Shown: positions 28,324 through 36,977 of the stretch, piece after piece
How the letters are laid out: every line of letters starts with the position of its first letter
Numbering within the stretch: position 1 is the stretch's first letter
Program-made: the position numbers and the translations under genes
The notes under the pieces: model-generated
The model's input: only the letters and a program-made list of their open reading frames with translations
The model's database searches: none
What the model was told of the DNA's origin: nothing
IMG/VR virus record: IMGVR_UViG_3300032562_000006
Length of the DNA stretch: 64,000 bases
From: an uncultured virus (IMG/VR IMGVR_UViG_3300032562_000006)
Taxonomy: Duplodnaviria; Heunggongvirae; Uroviricota; Caudoviricetes
Reading direction: 5' to 3' (one strand)

Positions 28324-30957
28324 ATGCAAGTACGGCCATTTGTCAACTCCGGACCGAGTATTCTCCCGCTCGACACTCCATTCGAAGTTCCTGACTGGTG
28401 GCAGCCGACCGGCTGCCGCTGGAACTCCGAGAAGCGCAAGGGCAACCGGGATCAGGATGGGCAGCGGGAGCACCGGTACCTGAAGAAGTTCGCTATGGAA
28501 GGCAGTGTCGACTCCTACAAATTCGGCCAGCACATCGCATTCCCGCTGAACCTGAACTCGCAGGCTGGGTTGATCTGCTCGGCAGAGTCCTGCCTGATGG
28601 TTGTCGAGTGCGACGACCCGGACGGCTGGGACTCCTCCCTTCTCGGTGACGCGATCCCGACTGTTCAGTCGAGGCGCGGTCACCATTTTTATTTCGCGGT
28701 CGATCCCTCACTAGCGGACGAGCTGCCGACGGACGGTCCTATCCCGGGCGGTGACGTGCAGACCAGGGGGTTCGTGCCGTGCCCTGGCAGCGTGCACCCA
28801 TCAGGAGTCCGCTACGAGCTGGTGGCGGACCGTATCAACATAGCCGACGCTGATCTGCTGCACCGGCTGCGCAACGCTCGTGTCGTGCAGCAGCACGCAC
28901 AGCTCAAGTACTACCGGAAGCACGGCGGTCAGGGGGGCTGGTCCGGGAACGGCGGAGTGAACGGCCAGGATGATTACCTGGCGATGACAATCACCTGGCC
29001 TGCCGTCCGCGACGGGAAGTCCGAGGCTGAGGTACGCGAGATCTGGAAGGCTGAGGCTGACGCGCTGCCGCTGAAGGACCGGGATGATCCGTTCACCGAG
29101 GCTGATTTCCAGCGGCACTATCGCGGCGCGCTGCACGAAAAGTCTGACCGGGATGCAGGTGCTAGCGAGGCTGCCGAGGTCGAGCAGTGGATCATCGACT
29201 GGGCGTCAGGTACCGGCGGCGGGGGAGGGGGGGACGAGGAGCCGCCGGATGAGACGGACGGTTTCCAGCCTCCTGGCTACACGATCCCGGAACCGTATCG
29301 GATGAACGGCAGCGGTATCTGGGAGATGGTAGTCAGGAACAAGCAGATCGAACCTGAAAGAGTTGCGCATCTTCCGCTGTACGTGTCAGGCATAGAAGTA
29401 GATTCTGATAACGTCTCCTGGTATGAGCTTACCTGGATGACGCACGATGAGAGCACGCGCAAGATCATCATCCCGTCCGGGTCAATATCAGACCGGACTC
29501 AGCTGCTGAAAGCGTTCCCCGAGGTAGTGATCACTACGAAGGGAGCGACGGCGGCAGCCGAGTACCTGAGCACCTTGCGGGCAGTGAACGCCGAATGGCT
29601 TGCGGCGGAAGGCAGGACCAGGAGAGTAGCTCTCCGGCTCGGGTGGTACAGCGATGATGAGGGGAGAGTATTCGCAGCAGGCCCAGGTCGTCCGTATCAG
29701 GTTCGTGACGTCGCTAACCTAGGCGGCTGGCTGAAAGGGCACCGGTCGCGCGGGAGCCTGGAAGAGTGGACCGTGATGATGAACCGGATGCCCGTGAAGG
29801 TGGTGATGCTCACGGCAGCGGCGCTGTCGGCCCCGCTGCTGAAGATGCTGGAAGTGCCCGGGTTCGTGGTGGACAACTCCGGCACTACTACGCAGGGCAA
29901 GACACGAGCCGCCCGCATCGCAGTGAGCGCCTGGGGTGACCCGGACCGGCTGCTGCTGTCGTGGTCGGCTACCAAGGCGGCACTGGAGCTGCATGCGCAG
30001 AAGGCGCACGGCGTGCCTCTGATGATCGACGACTCTAAACTGAGCAGGGACAAGGATCAGGTCGCCCAGCTAGTCTATCAAGTGACGTCAGGGCTGGTGA
30101 CCGGACGCCTGGAACGCTCGGCTGACCGGATGCGCGGCGGCGAGGAAATTCAGACGGTGCTTGTGACGAACGGCGAGACCCCCTTGCTCACTGCCGGGAG
30201 GGGAAACCGGCGGGATGGCGGCGCGGTGGCTCGCGTGCTGGAGATAGCCGGAGCGCCGTTCAGCACCGCAGAAGCTGCAGACTCGTCAGTTGCGGTGATA
30301 CGAGAGAATCACGGGCTGGCAGGGGAGGCGTTCGTGAAGACGGCGATCAGCATCGGAGCGGGGGAGCTGCGATCACGATACCAGGAACTGCGGCACCGCG
30401 CGAGGTCAATGGCACAGACAGACGTCGCTCGACGCCGCGCGGATGCCGGTGCCGTGGTGATGCTGGCTGCGGAAATCGCGCATGAGATGAAGCTGCTGCC
30501 CTCAGTCCCGGAGTCATCGTGGACTTCGATGCTGGAGGATGACGCAGCCGAGGAGGGATCGGATGACCGTCCGCTGGCTGCGCTGGAGATGCTCTGGACC
30601 AAGATAGCACTGGACCCTCGCCTTTTCTGGGCTCCGGAGCAGGGTTTCGGGGAGGGCGGCCTGATGGACAGCGTGCTCGGCATCGCAGGCGGATGGGCCG
30701 GACGCCTGGACTCGAAGGCCGGATGGGTCGCACTCTCACCGGAGTGGCTGACTCACTTCCTTGAGGATGAGGGTGTGGAGGCAGAGGGAATCATCAGGGA
30801 GTGGGGTAATCGCGGCTGGACCGAGCGCGGTGATAAGAACCGCCGGATGACGAAGGTGCGCATCAATGCGAAGCTTGTCCGCTGCTACAAGATTACGCAC
30901 GGCGGTGACTTCGCTCGCGAGGATGCCTCGGGTCAGTCAGGTCAGGCCGAAGCCTGA
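28324..30957 (+). CDS. Bifunctional primase/polymerase fused to a DUF927 helicase-like domain
   Basis: VVECDD, TVQSRRGHHFYF, PGSVHPSG.RY (Prim-Pol); LGW, G.TTQGKT, S.WG.P, W.AT...LE, IDD, TNGE (DUF927). Confidence 0.85.
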   Translation: MQVRPFVNSGPSILPLDTPFEVPDWWQPTGCRWNSEKRKGNRDQDGQREHRYLKKFAMEGSVDSYKFGQHIAFPLNLNSQAGLICSAESCLMVVECDDPDGWDSSLLGDAIPTVQSRRGHHFYFAVDPSLADELPTDGPIPGGDVQTRGFVPCPGSVHPSGVRYELVADRINIADADLLHRLRNARVVQQHAQLKYYRKHGGQGGWSGNGGVNGQDDYLAMTITWPAVRDGKSEAEVREIWKAEADALPLKDRDDPFTEADFQRHYRGALHEKSDRDAGASEAAEVEQWIIDWASGTGGGGGGDEEPPDETDGFQPPGYTIPEPYRMNGSGIWEMVVRNKQIEPERVAHLPLYVSGIEVDSDNVSWYELTWMTHDESTRKIIIPSGSISDRTQLLKAFPEVVITTKGATAAAEYLSTLRAVNAEWLAAEGRTRRVALRLGWYSDDEGRVFAAGPGRPYQVRDVANLGGWLKGHRSRGSLEEWTVMMNRMPVKVVMLTAAALSAPLLKMLEVPGFVVDNSGTTTQGKTRAARIAVSAWGDPDRLLLSWSATKAALELHAQKAHGVPLMIDDSKLSRDKDQVAQLVYQVTSGLVTGRLERSADRMRGGEEIQTVLVTNGETPLLTAGRGNRRDGGAVARVLEIAGAPFSTAEAADSSVAVIRENHGLAGEAFVKTAISIGAGELRSRYQELRHRARSMAQTDVARRRADAGAVVMLAAEIAHEMKLLPSVPESSWTSMLEDDAAEEGSDDRPLAALEMLWTKIALDPRLFWAPEQGFGEGGLMDSVLGIAGGWAGRLDSKAGWVALSPEWLTHFLEDEGVEAEGIIREWGNRGWTERGDKNRRMTKVRINAKLVRCYKITHGGDFAREDASGQSGQAEA

Positions 30958-30971
30958 AGCTCGCGCAGACT

Positions 30972-31005
30972 GAAGCCCCGTCGAACAGTTGTTCGACGGG
31001 GCTTC
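30972..31005 (+). terminator. Hairpin after the primase, containing a perfect LexA box
   Basis: GAAGCCCCG-TCGAAC AGTT GTTCGA-CGGGGCTTC. Confidence 0.6.
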
Positions 31006-31008
31006 TCC

Positions 31009-31421
31009 GTACCCACCGTACCCACTCCGTACCCACCGGTGTACCCACCGAAAAAACGCTCCTACCTCGCTGTACCCACTGTCCCCACCAAATCAGGGGT
31101 TGTAGTCCCTACTTGCGCACGCACACTTTCTAAAGAGTGACCGTACCCACTGTCCCCACTACTGTCCCCACCGTGTACCCACCTCAAAAACCCCCTGACC
31201 TGCGTGTACCCACTGTACCCACCAAAATGACGGGAACACCCTTTCATATATGACGCACGTGAGGAAAATTACTGAGGGCGGCGCCTCACACCTTATCCCG
31301 CGCGTGCACGGGTATGTGCGCACGTATGCGTCTACATGGTGGGTACGGTGGGTACAGTGGGGACACACAGATAAACACACAGCTCAGAGCCTATACAGAC
31401 CGTACCCACTACCGTCCCCAC
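31009..31421. repeat. Iteron array, candidate replication origin
   Basis: About 17 copies of GT(A/C)CCCAC, many at 9-12 nt spacing, three inverted (31339-31364). Non-coding, with A-tracts, directly after the primase. Confidence 0.75.
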
Positions 31422-31477
31422 TTCTACCTACTGGTGGGAACACTTGACTTACTCTTACTCTCTGCTAGACTTAGATC

Positions 31478-32830
31478 GTGGTCCGTAATGAGAAAGACCC
31501 CCGGGGAGACTCCATAGCTGAGCGCTATGGCTCACCGGTCACGGTCTCCGACGTAGAAGATCTCCTGTACCGGGAGCATGTCCCGACCGGGACGATCTAC
31601 AAAGTCATGCAGGCAGTCCGCCAGGCAGTCAGCTGGCACAAGGCGGCTGCGCTCCGCCCGTGGGCCGGCGACCTGGAAGACGGGCTGACCCGTCAGCACC
31701 AGGCTCAGGCGGAGCAGCGCCGCGCCAGGCTGGCGGAAGAACTCCGGGAGGAGGGACGGCGGCGGGCGGCAGCAGCTGAAGCCGAGTCCATTAACGTAAA
31801 CAGCCCCGCCCTGAACGAGGTTCTCGCTGATGCGTGGGCGGGTGCGGCTGAGGCTGCGGCCGGGGGTGCCCCGGGAAGCCACCTAGGAGCCACGCTGCGG
31901 CTCGTTCAGGGTGGGGCAGGCACAATCACCCCACCCGCTATCCCCGAGGCTCCTAGGACGGGTACAGCGCTTCCTGCGGTGCCTCCCACTACACCTGGCT
32001 GGATCGGCACCTCCCGGGAGGTGAGCAGCTCGCTGGAGCCGATCGAGGTGGACGTGATGTCGGTGAAGGACGCGGAGATGCTCGCCAGGCTGGCTCCGGC
32101 GGGCATGCCGATGGTGCTGCGGCCCCCTGCGGTTAGCACCCCACCGCTGGATGCCCCTGCGCGGCGCGCAGCGCCCCCTAGGGCTGTCGCAGCCCCCGCC
32201 CCGGGCACAACGGCACCCCCCGCCATCCCCGAGGCTGCAGGGGGGCTGTCCGAGGTCCGGAGGATGCGGGCCTGCACTAAGTGCGGACGGGAGAAGCCGC
32301 TGGATGAGTTCCAGAAGGATCGCCGGGCATCGGACGGACGCAGAACGCGATGCCGGGTCTGCAGTGCGGCTTACGACGCGACGCGCCGGGACCGGCGCAA
32401 GCTGCTGCGGGCGGGACGGCTGGAGGCTGGCTTGAAGGTGCCTGAGCCGGAGGCTGAGGCTGTGGAGGAGGTGAGGCAGGTGATTGTGCCGCAGGAGGCT
32501 GTGCGAGCCTCAGAGGTGCCTCCTGAGGCTGCGGGGGTGCAGCGGGGGCGGCTGAACTACGCGACGTTCAAGGAAGCGGTGCAGGAGTACTATGCACCGG
32601 AGGTCAGGTCTGGTACAGTTGTCCTGATGCCACGGTTCAGGCCGCCGGAGCAGGCGGATGATGTTCCGGAGGGGATGCGGGTGTGCACGAAGTGCGGGCC
32701 TCCTGCACAGCCAGCTGATAATTTCTATACCCGAGCAGACGGTCGCTCCCGGAGTATCTGCGCAGCGTGCGAGCGCACGGCTTCGGCTGACCGGCGGCGG
32801 GCGAGGAAGGTGAAGCGAGACAGTGACTGA
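31478..32830 (+). CDS. Protein with two C4 Zn-finger repeats
   Basis: Two CTKCG...F......GR...CxxC units; TTGACT-16-TAGACT (31444-31471) just upstream of the GTG. Confidence 0.65.
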   Translation: MVRNEKDPRGDSIAERYGSPVTVSDVEDLLYREHVPTGTIYKVMQAVRQAVSWHKAAALRPWAGDLEDGLTRQHQAQAEQRRARLAEELREEGRRRAAAAEAESINVNSPALNEVLADAWAGAAEAAAGGAPGSHLGATLRLVQGGAGTITPPAIPEAPRTGTALPAVPPTTPGWIGTSREVSSSLEPIEVDVMSVKDAEMLARLAPAGMPMVLRPPAVSTPPLDAPARRAAPPRAVAAPAPGTTAPPAIPEAAGGLSEVRRMRACTKCGREKPLDEFQKDRRASDGRRTRCRVCSAAYDATRRDRRKLLRAGRLEAGLKVPEPEAEAVEEVRQVIVPQEAVRASEVPPEAAGVQRGRLNYATFKEAVQEYYAPEVRSGTVVLMPRFRPPEQADDVPEGMRVCTKCGPPAQPADNFYTRADGRSRSICAACERTASADRRRARKVKRDSD

Positions 32831-33461
32831 CCGCGACCTGCATGCTGATGCGGAGGACTGGGGCTCAAATGAGGATGGGACTGAATGCGAGCACTGTCAC
32901 GGTCCGCGCGTCGTGTACATCCCGTGCTGGAGTGACGGATCCGGAGTGCTGACTGCAGATGAGATCGCTGAAGTGCTCGGAGCTGCGAGGGTGCGCGTGC
33001 TGGAGATGTGGGACAAGACTGAGTCGGACGGGCTGGAGCCGATGAACATCGGATTCCCTGACGATGTGGTGATGCGCATCGATGCTCGCAAGAACGGTAC
33101 TTTCCGGGCGGTGATCATTGCCGAAGGCGGGGTTCAGTCGCAGGCGTACACGCTGTACGGAAAGGGAAGCGTGTACCAGGGTGCACGAGGCTGGCGGTAC
33201 GGGCTCTCCAAGTCCCGGTTCACCGTACAGGATACGCGTCCGGACGAGGCGGAAGCAGGACTGCTGGCGTACGAGGGTGAGACAGGCGTCCTGAACTTCA
33301 CCAAGCACCGGGTGGAGGACTACCTCACGCCGGAGGCCCGGGAGGCACGGCGCATCCGGCGGAATGCACGTGACCGGACGTCTTCGACAACCTCCTGGCA
33401 GCGGCACATGCGAGCAGCCCCCCGTCCTCCGGAGGCTGGAGAGGACGGGGGCAGTTCGTGA
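32823..33461 (+). CDS. Hypothetical protein
   Basis: Overlaps the upstream stop; ORF track. Confidence 0.5.
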   Translation: MTDRDLHADAEDWGSNEDGTECEHCHGPRVVYIPCWSDGSGVLTADEIAEVLGAARVRVLEMWDKTESDGLEPMNIGFPDDVVMRIDARKNGTFRAVIIAEGGVQSQAYTLYGKGSVYQGARGWRYGLSKSRFTVQDTRPDEAEAGLLAYEGETGVLNFTKHRVEDYLTPEAREARRIRRNARDRTSSTTSWQRHMRAAPRPPEAGEDGGSS

Positions 33462-33481
33462 CATGCGTGAACGTGAATCTG

Positions 33482-34129
33482 TCAGGCGGATGCGGATGCG
33501 GGTACGAGATTGTGCACCGCCCACGCCCGGCCGACTGAGATGGCTGAGAGGTGTGTGTCGCTGTCGATGAGGCGGGCACGCGTTGCCTCACGGAACGGGA
33601 CGGGCTTGGTGGTCCCGGGCTCGCGGAGCGCGGAAGCGGCACCCTGAGGGAAGCCTGCCAGCACGGCTCGGGTGAGGAGAGAAAGCTCGTAGCTCCTGCG
33701 CCCGTCTTTGCGAGCTTCGGTACGCCTGGCAGCTGCGACACGCTCCGCTTCGGGGGCGAGCGTGTCGTAGAGGTCGTTGATCCGCTCGAAAGTTTCCGGG
33801 TCGGCATGCACGGTGACGCGGAGCGGGCGTGCACTGGTGGAGCGTGTGCCGCCCTCGGTCAGCTCGGCCTGTACTCCGAGTGCACTGGCGACAGCGATGT
33901 AGCCGTACGCACGGGCTGGTCCGTGCCCGGCCGCGCCAGGTATCTCGCGGATGCGGACGTCGGCCTGAGTGTCCGGAACAGGAACGTGTTCTACTTCGGG
34001 AGGTGGGTCCTCACCTGCGGAAACATCCGCTTGTGACGGGCTGGCATCCTCCTCGGGGACTTCCTCGGCTTCGATTTGGGGGGGTTCCTTCGTTGCGACG
34101 TTCAGTTCCTCATCCGGAGTTGCGCTCAC
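33482..34129 (-). CDS. Hypothetical protein with acidic N-terminus
   Basis: AGGAG RBS before the GTG; ORF track. Confidence 0.5.
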   Translation of the reverse strand: MSATPDEELNVATKEPPQIEAEEVPEEDASPSQADVSAGEDPPPEVEHVPVPDTQADVRIREIPGAAGHGPARAYGYIAVASALGVQAELTEGGTRSTSARPLRVTVHADPETFERINDLYDTLAPEAERVAAARRTEARKDGRRSYELSLLTRAVLAGFPQGAASALREPGTTKPVPFREATRARLIDSDTHLSAISVGRAWAVHNLVPASASA

Positions 34130-34241
34130 GTGACGCTCCTGGTATGCTCATGCTGTAGCGGATGTCGCTGCAGCCAGGCCGGGCGTGTCCGAACTACCGG
34201 CCTGGCACCAACATACCACGCCCCGGGGAGCCGTGTAAACA

Positions 34242-34550
34242 GTGGACCGCACGGAGATAATCGCCCGTTTCACTTACTATCCGCCTGATGAGTCACGACG
34301 TCGCAAGCACGAGCTGATCCGGCAGGATGCAACAGCGTTCGCGCTGGACATCCTGGATCACACGTCTCCGGGTCATGAGCAGTCGCTAGCTCTTACACGG
34401 CTGGAGGAAGTCATGTTCTGGAGTAATGCGAGCATCGCACGCAATTCCACGCTCGTCTGCCGCACCTGCGGGAATATCGTCGGGACTGGTCATAAGCCCG
34501 GCTACGGCTGTGAGGAGACGAAGACGGAGCACCCTGCTGGGACGTCATGA
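34242..34550 (+). CDS. Acb2/Tad1-like (DUF7681-type) protein with C-terminal Cys/His extension
   Basis: RFTYYPP...IR..A..FA..I...SPGHEQSLALTRLEEVMFWSNASIARN matches the family signature as recalled. Confidence 0.65.
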   Translation: MDRTEIIARFTYYPPDESRRRKHELIRQDATAFALDILDHTSPGHEQSLALTRLEEVMFWSNASIARNSTLVCRTCGNIVGTGHKPGYGCEETKTEHPAGTS

Positions 34551-34741
34551 GGCTCCGTCCCGGACCTGCCTGCACAGCTGGGGAGAAGGAGATTTCCCGG
34601 TCCCGCACAAGCACATGTGCCGAGAGGATGCCCCGCATCTAGTGCGGCAGGCTCGCACGCACCAGATCCCTCAGCATGTGTGCATTATCTGCGGCACCCC
34701 GAAACTTGACATTCCTGACACACGGAGTGTAGAATGAATGC

Positions 34742-34978
34742 ATGGCTGCCACTTTCACCGCACCAGGTTACAGTACTGTCGCCGGTGCCATTACCGGAGT
34801 ACTCCTGTGGAGCCTCCAGACCTACGTGTTCCGGGGAGCGGCGGTGCCGGACGTGCTGCAGAGTGCAGCCTGGATCCTGATCCCGGCCCTGGTGACAGGA
34901 ATCGCCTCGCTGCTGACCAGGCGGGTCAGCTCTCCTGCCACGCCCGCCGTCGCTCCCCGCCATGCGGCACACCCGTAG
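34742..34978 (+). CDS. Two-TM membrane protein (holin-like), probably leaderless
   Basis: Two hydrophobic segments; TTGACA-18-TAGAAT (34706-34735) ends 6 nt before the ATG. Confidence 0.55.
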   Translation: MAATFTAPGYSTVAGAITGVLLWSLQTYVFRGAAVPDVLQSAAWILIPALVTGIASLLTRRVSSPATPAVAPRHAAHP

Positions 34979-35038
34979 CGTCGTGCCGGGCGCTGTGCCA
35001 CTAGCCACGCGGCCCCCTGCCTGCGAGGTGCACAGGCC

Positions 35039-35305
35039 CTACTGCGTGGTCGGAGGGGTGTCGCCTGCGTGTGGCTGCTGCGCCCGTGCGGCCCGCAGCT
35101 CTAGCACTTTCTGCTGCAGCTGCTCCATCTGGCGTATTAGCTTTTTCGTTTCGAACTCCAGCAGCAGGACGCGGCTACTCATAAATTCGAAGCCCTCCTG
35201 TAGAGTGAGAGTACTTTTACCACTCAAGTACGAGACTGTGCTCTCCGCTTTTTCCAGCTGAGCGCGCCATTCCGGTTCTTGGTCATCGTACTTACCAGTG
35301 CTCAT
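35039..35305 (-). CDS. Small coiled-coil protein
   Basis: ORF track; AGGAA RBS. Confidence 0.5.
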   Translation of the reverse strand: MSTGKYDDQEPEWRAQLEKAESTVSYLSGKSTLTLQEGFEFMSSRVLLLEFETKKLIRQMEQLQQKVLELRAARAQQPHAGDTPPTTQ

Positions 35306-35570
35306 TTCCTATCTTCCTCGTCTATTTGATGGTGCATTCCGCATCCGCCGCACAGATGCGGCTGACCTTTCGCGACGTGATCGGAGGGCTCGGTGCAGGC
35401 GTGCTCACGGATGACTCCGCGCTTTCCGGGAGTTTTCCACCGGCGAGGGCACATCTTCGTCCCGTCGGGGATTTTGCTCATCTGCTCCTCTATCCGGCTC
35501 CGCGCCGCCGCCGTAAAATGCGGATGCCCTAGGCGTAAACAGCTACCCGTGCATGCCACCACCCGCGTAG

Positions 35571-36791
35571 CTAGCTAGCTACACTAGCTACACTAGCTAC
35601 ATCCGCAGGGACATCATCGATGATAGGCTCATCGTAGTCGATGTCATCGAACGGATTCTCCTCCTCTGGCGGCTCCATGTCCTCCGGCGGGACCGGCTTC
35701 ACCTGCTCCCACGCCTGGAGGATATCCGCGAGGTAATAGCATTTCTGCGGGATGTCGAATCCCTGCATCCGGCGCTGATGCACATTGACAGGCAGCTGCT
35801 TGGAAAGCAGCCCTGCCATCGCTGCCAGCGTCCGGCCCTCATAGCGCGGCTTCCGACGCATCTCGTCCGCGAGCTGGTTAGACCTTACTGCTCCGTTGAC
35901 GGAAATATCCGGAGCTAGTTCTGCTGCCATTTTCAGCAGCTCCTGCCCCGGATCCAGTTCGGGAGCTGGCAGCTGGGTCAAGGCTAGCTCCCGGAACGCG
36001 GAAATGCCCCGATTCAGCCACCGAGTCCCGCCGAGTGCCTGGGCAACTGCCAGCAGCGGCTCCCAGACCTCGCCTTTACGGCTGCTCAGCTCCGGGATGC
36101 CGAGCCTGGTAACACGAAACTCACTGATTTCCTTGACGTGATCAGTCACTTCCTTGCGCAAGGACCGCCCCCATTTCAGGGTGTCCTGCTCCGCGTCTCG
36201 CACGTCGTAGTTCATTCGTGCTATCCCTTGACAGCACTGGACCACGACGCAGCGGCTGCGGATGTCCTTCGGGACGGTCGTGCGCAATCCCGTGCCCATG
36301 AACGGGACGAAAATGCTGTACTTGGTGGAAACGCCGTTCCGTGACTTACCGAGCTTAGCGCCTCTCTTGTAGCCTCTGCGCATGACCCTGGCTACCGGAT
36401 CGTTGCTCCGCCCTCCCTGGCCGTCACGACCGAGCAGCGAGCTCAGCTCGTCGTACTTGAACGTGGGTACCAGTTTCTCGACGGAGTTAGCTGCTTCCTC
36501 CAGAATAGCCAGGAAGTCCCAGGAGGTTCCGTCTGCGTCCTGGGGATTGGACGACAGATTGCCTGTTATGTCCATTGAAAGCGTTTTACCCGACTGTTCC
36601 TCGTCGCTGACGAAAAGCAGCCGGGGAAATGTGGCGCATACCCGGATAATATACGTGGCACCTGCGAACAGCACCATTGCATCTCGATGGGACTGAGATG
36701 CGTCCAGGTACAGATCGATGTGCCTCTCGATTTTGTCGAGAATACAGTCCGGCGGGATACCGGGTGACTCAGCCGCAGCTGGTGCCGTCAT
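35571..36791 (-). CDS. DUF3631-like P-loop protein
   Basis: FPRLLFVS.E.QSGKT, PT..YDE, GYKRG, IRSRC, WEPLLAVA...GG.W pattern. Start chosen at ATG 36791. Confidence 0.7.
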   Translation of the reverse strand: MTAPAAAESPGIPPDCILDKIERHIDLYLDASQSHRDAMVLFAGATYIIRVCATFPRLLFVSDEEQSGKTLSMDITGNLSSNPQDADGTSWDFLAILEEAANSVEKLVPTFKYDELSSLLGRDGQGGRSNDPVARVMRRGYKRGAKLGKSRNGVSTKYSIFVPFMGTGLRTTVPKDIRSRCVVVQCCQGIARMNYDVRDAEQDTLKWGRSLRKEVTDHVKEISEFRVTRLGIPELSSRKGEVWEPLLAVAQALGGTRWLNRGISAFRELALTQLPAPELDPGQELLKMAAELAPDISVNGAVRSNQLADEMRRKPRYEGRTLAAMAGLLSKQLPVNVHQRRMQGFDIPQKCYYLADILQAWEQVKPVPPEDMEPPEEENPFDDIDYDEPIIDDVPADVASVASVAS

Positions 36792-36949
36792 AATCGGGCT
36801 CCTCTTCCATTTCCTGTTCCTGGCGGGCACCTGCAGCGACCTCTCCACGGGAGGAAACCTCCGGGCCTGCCTACAGGTGCCCTGTAAACAGCATAGCACT
36901 CCTGCGCAAGCCGAAGCAAGCGCAGGAGTGCCATGACTGCCTGCTCGGG

Positions 36950-36977
36950 GAAAGCCCCACTTCGTTCAGGGGCTTTC
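36950..36977 (-). terminator. Terminator closing the right-arm transcription unit
   Basis: GGAAAGCCCC...GGGGCTTTCC at the stop of 36966-37157. Confidence 0.55.

Noticed and set aside
31009..31421. Octamer repeats as a CRISPR array
   Set aside because: Units are 8 bp, irregularly spaced and in both orientations, with no 25-45 bp repeats separated by unique spacers.
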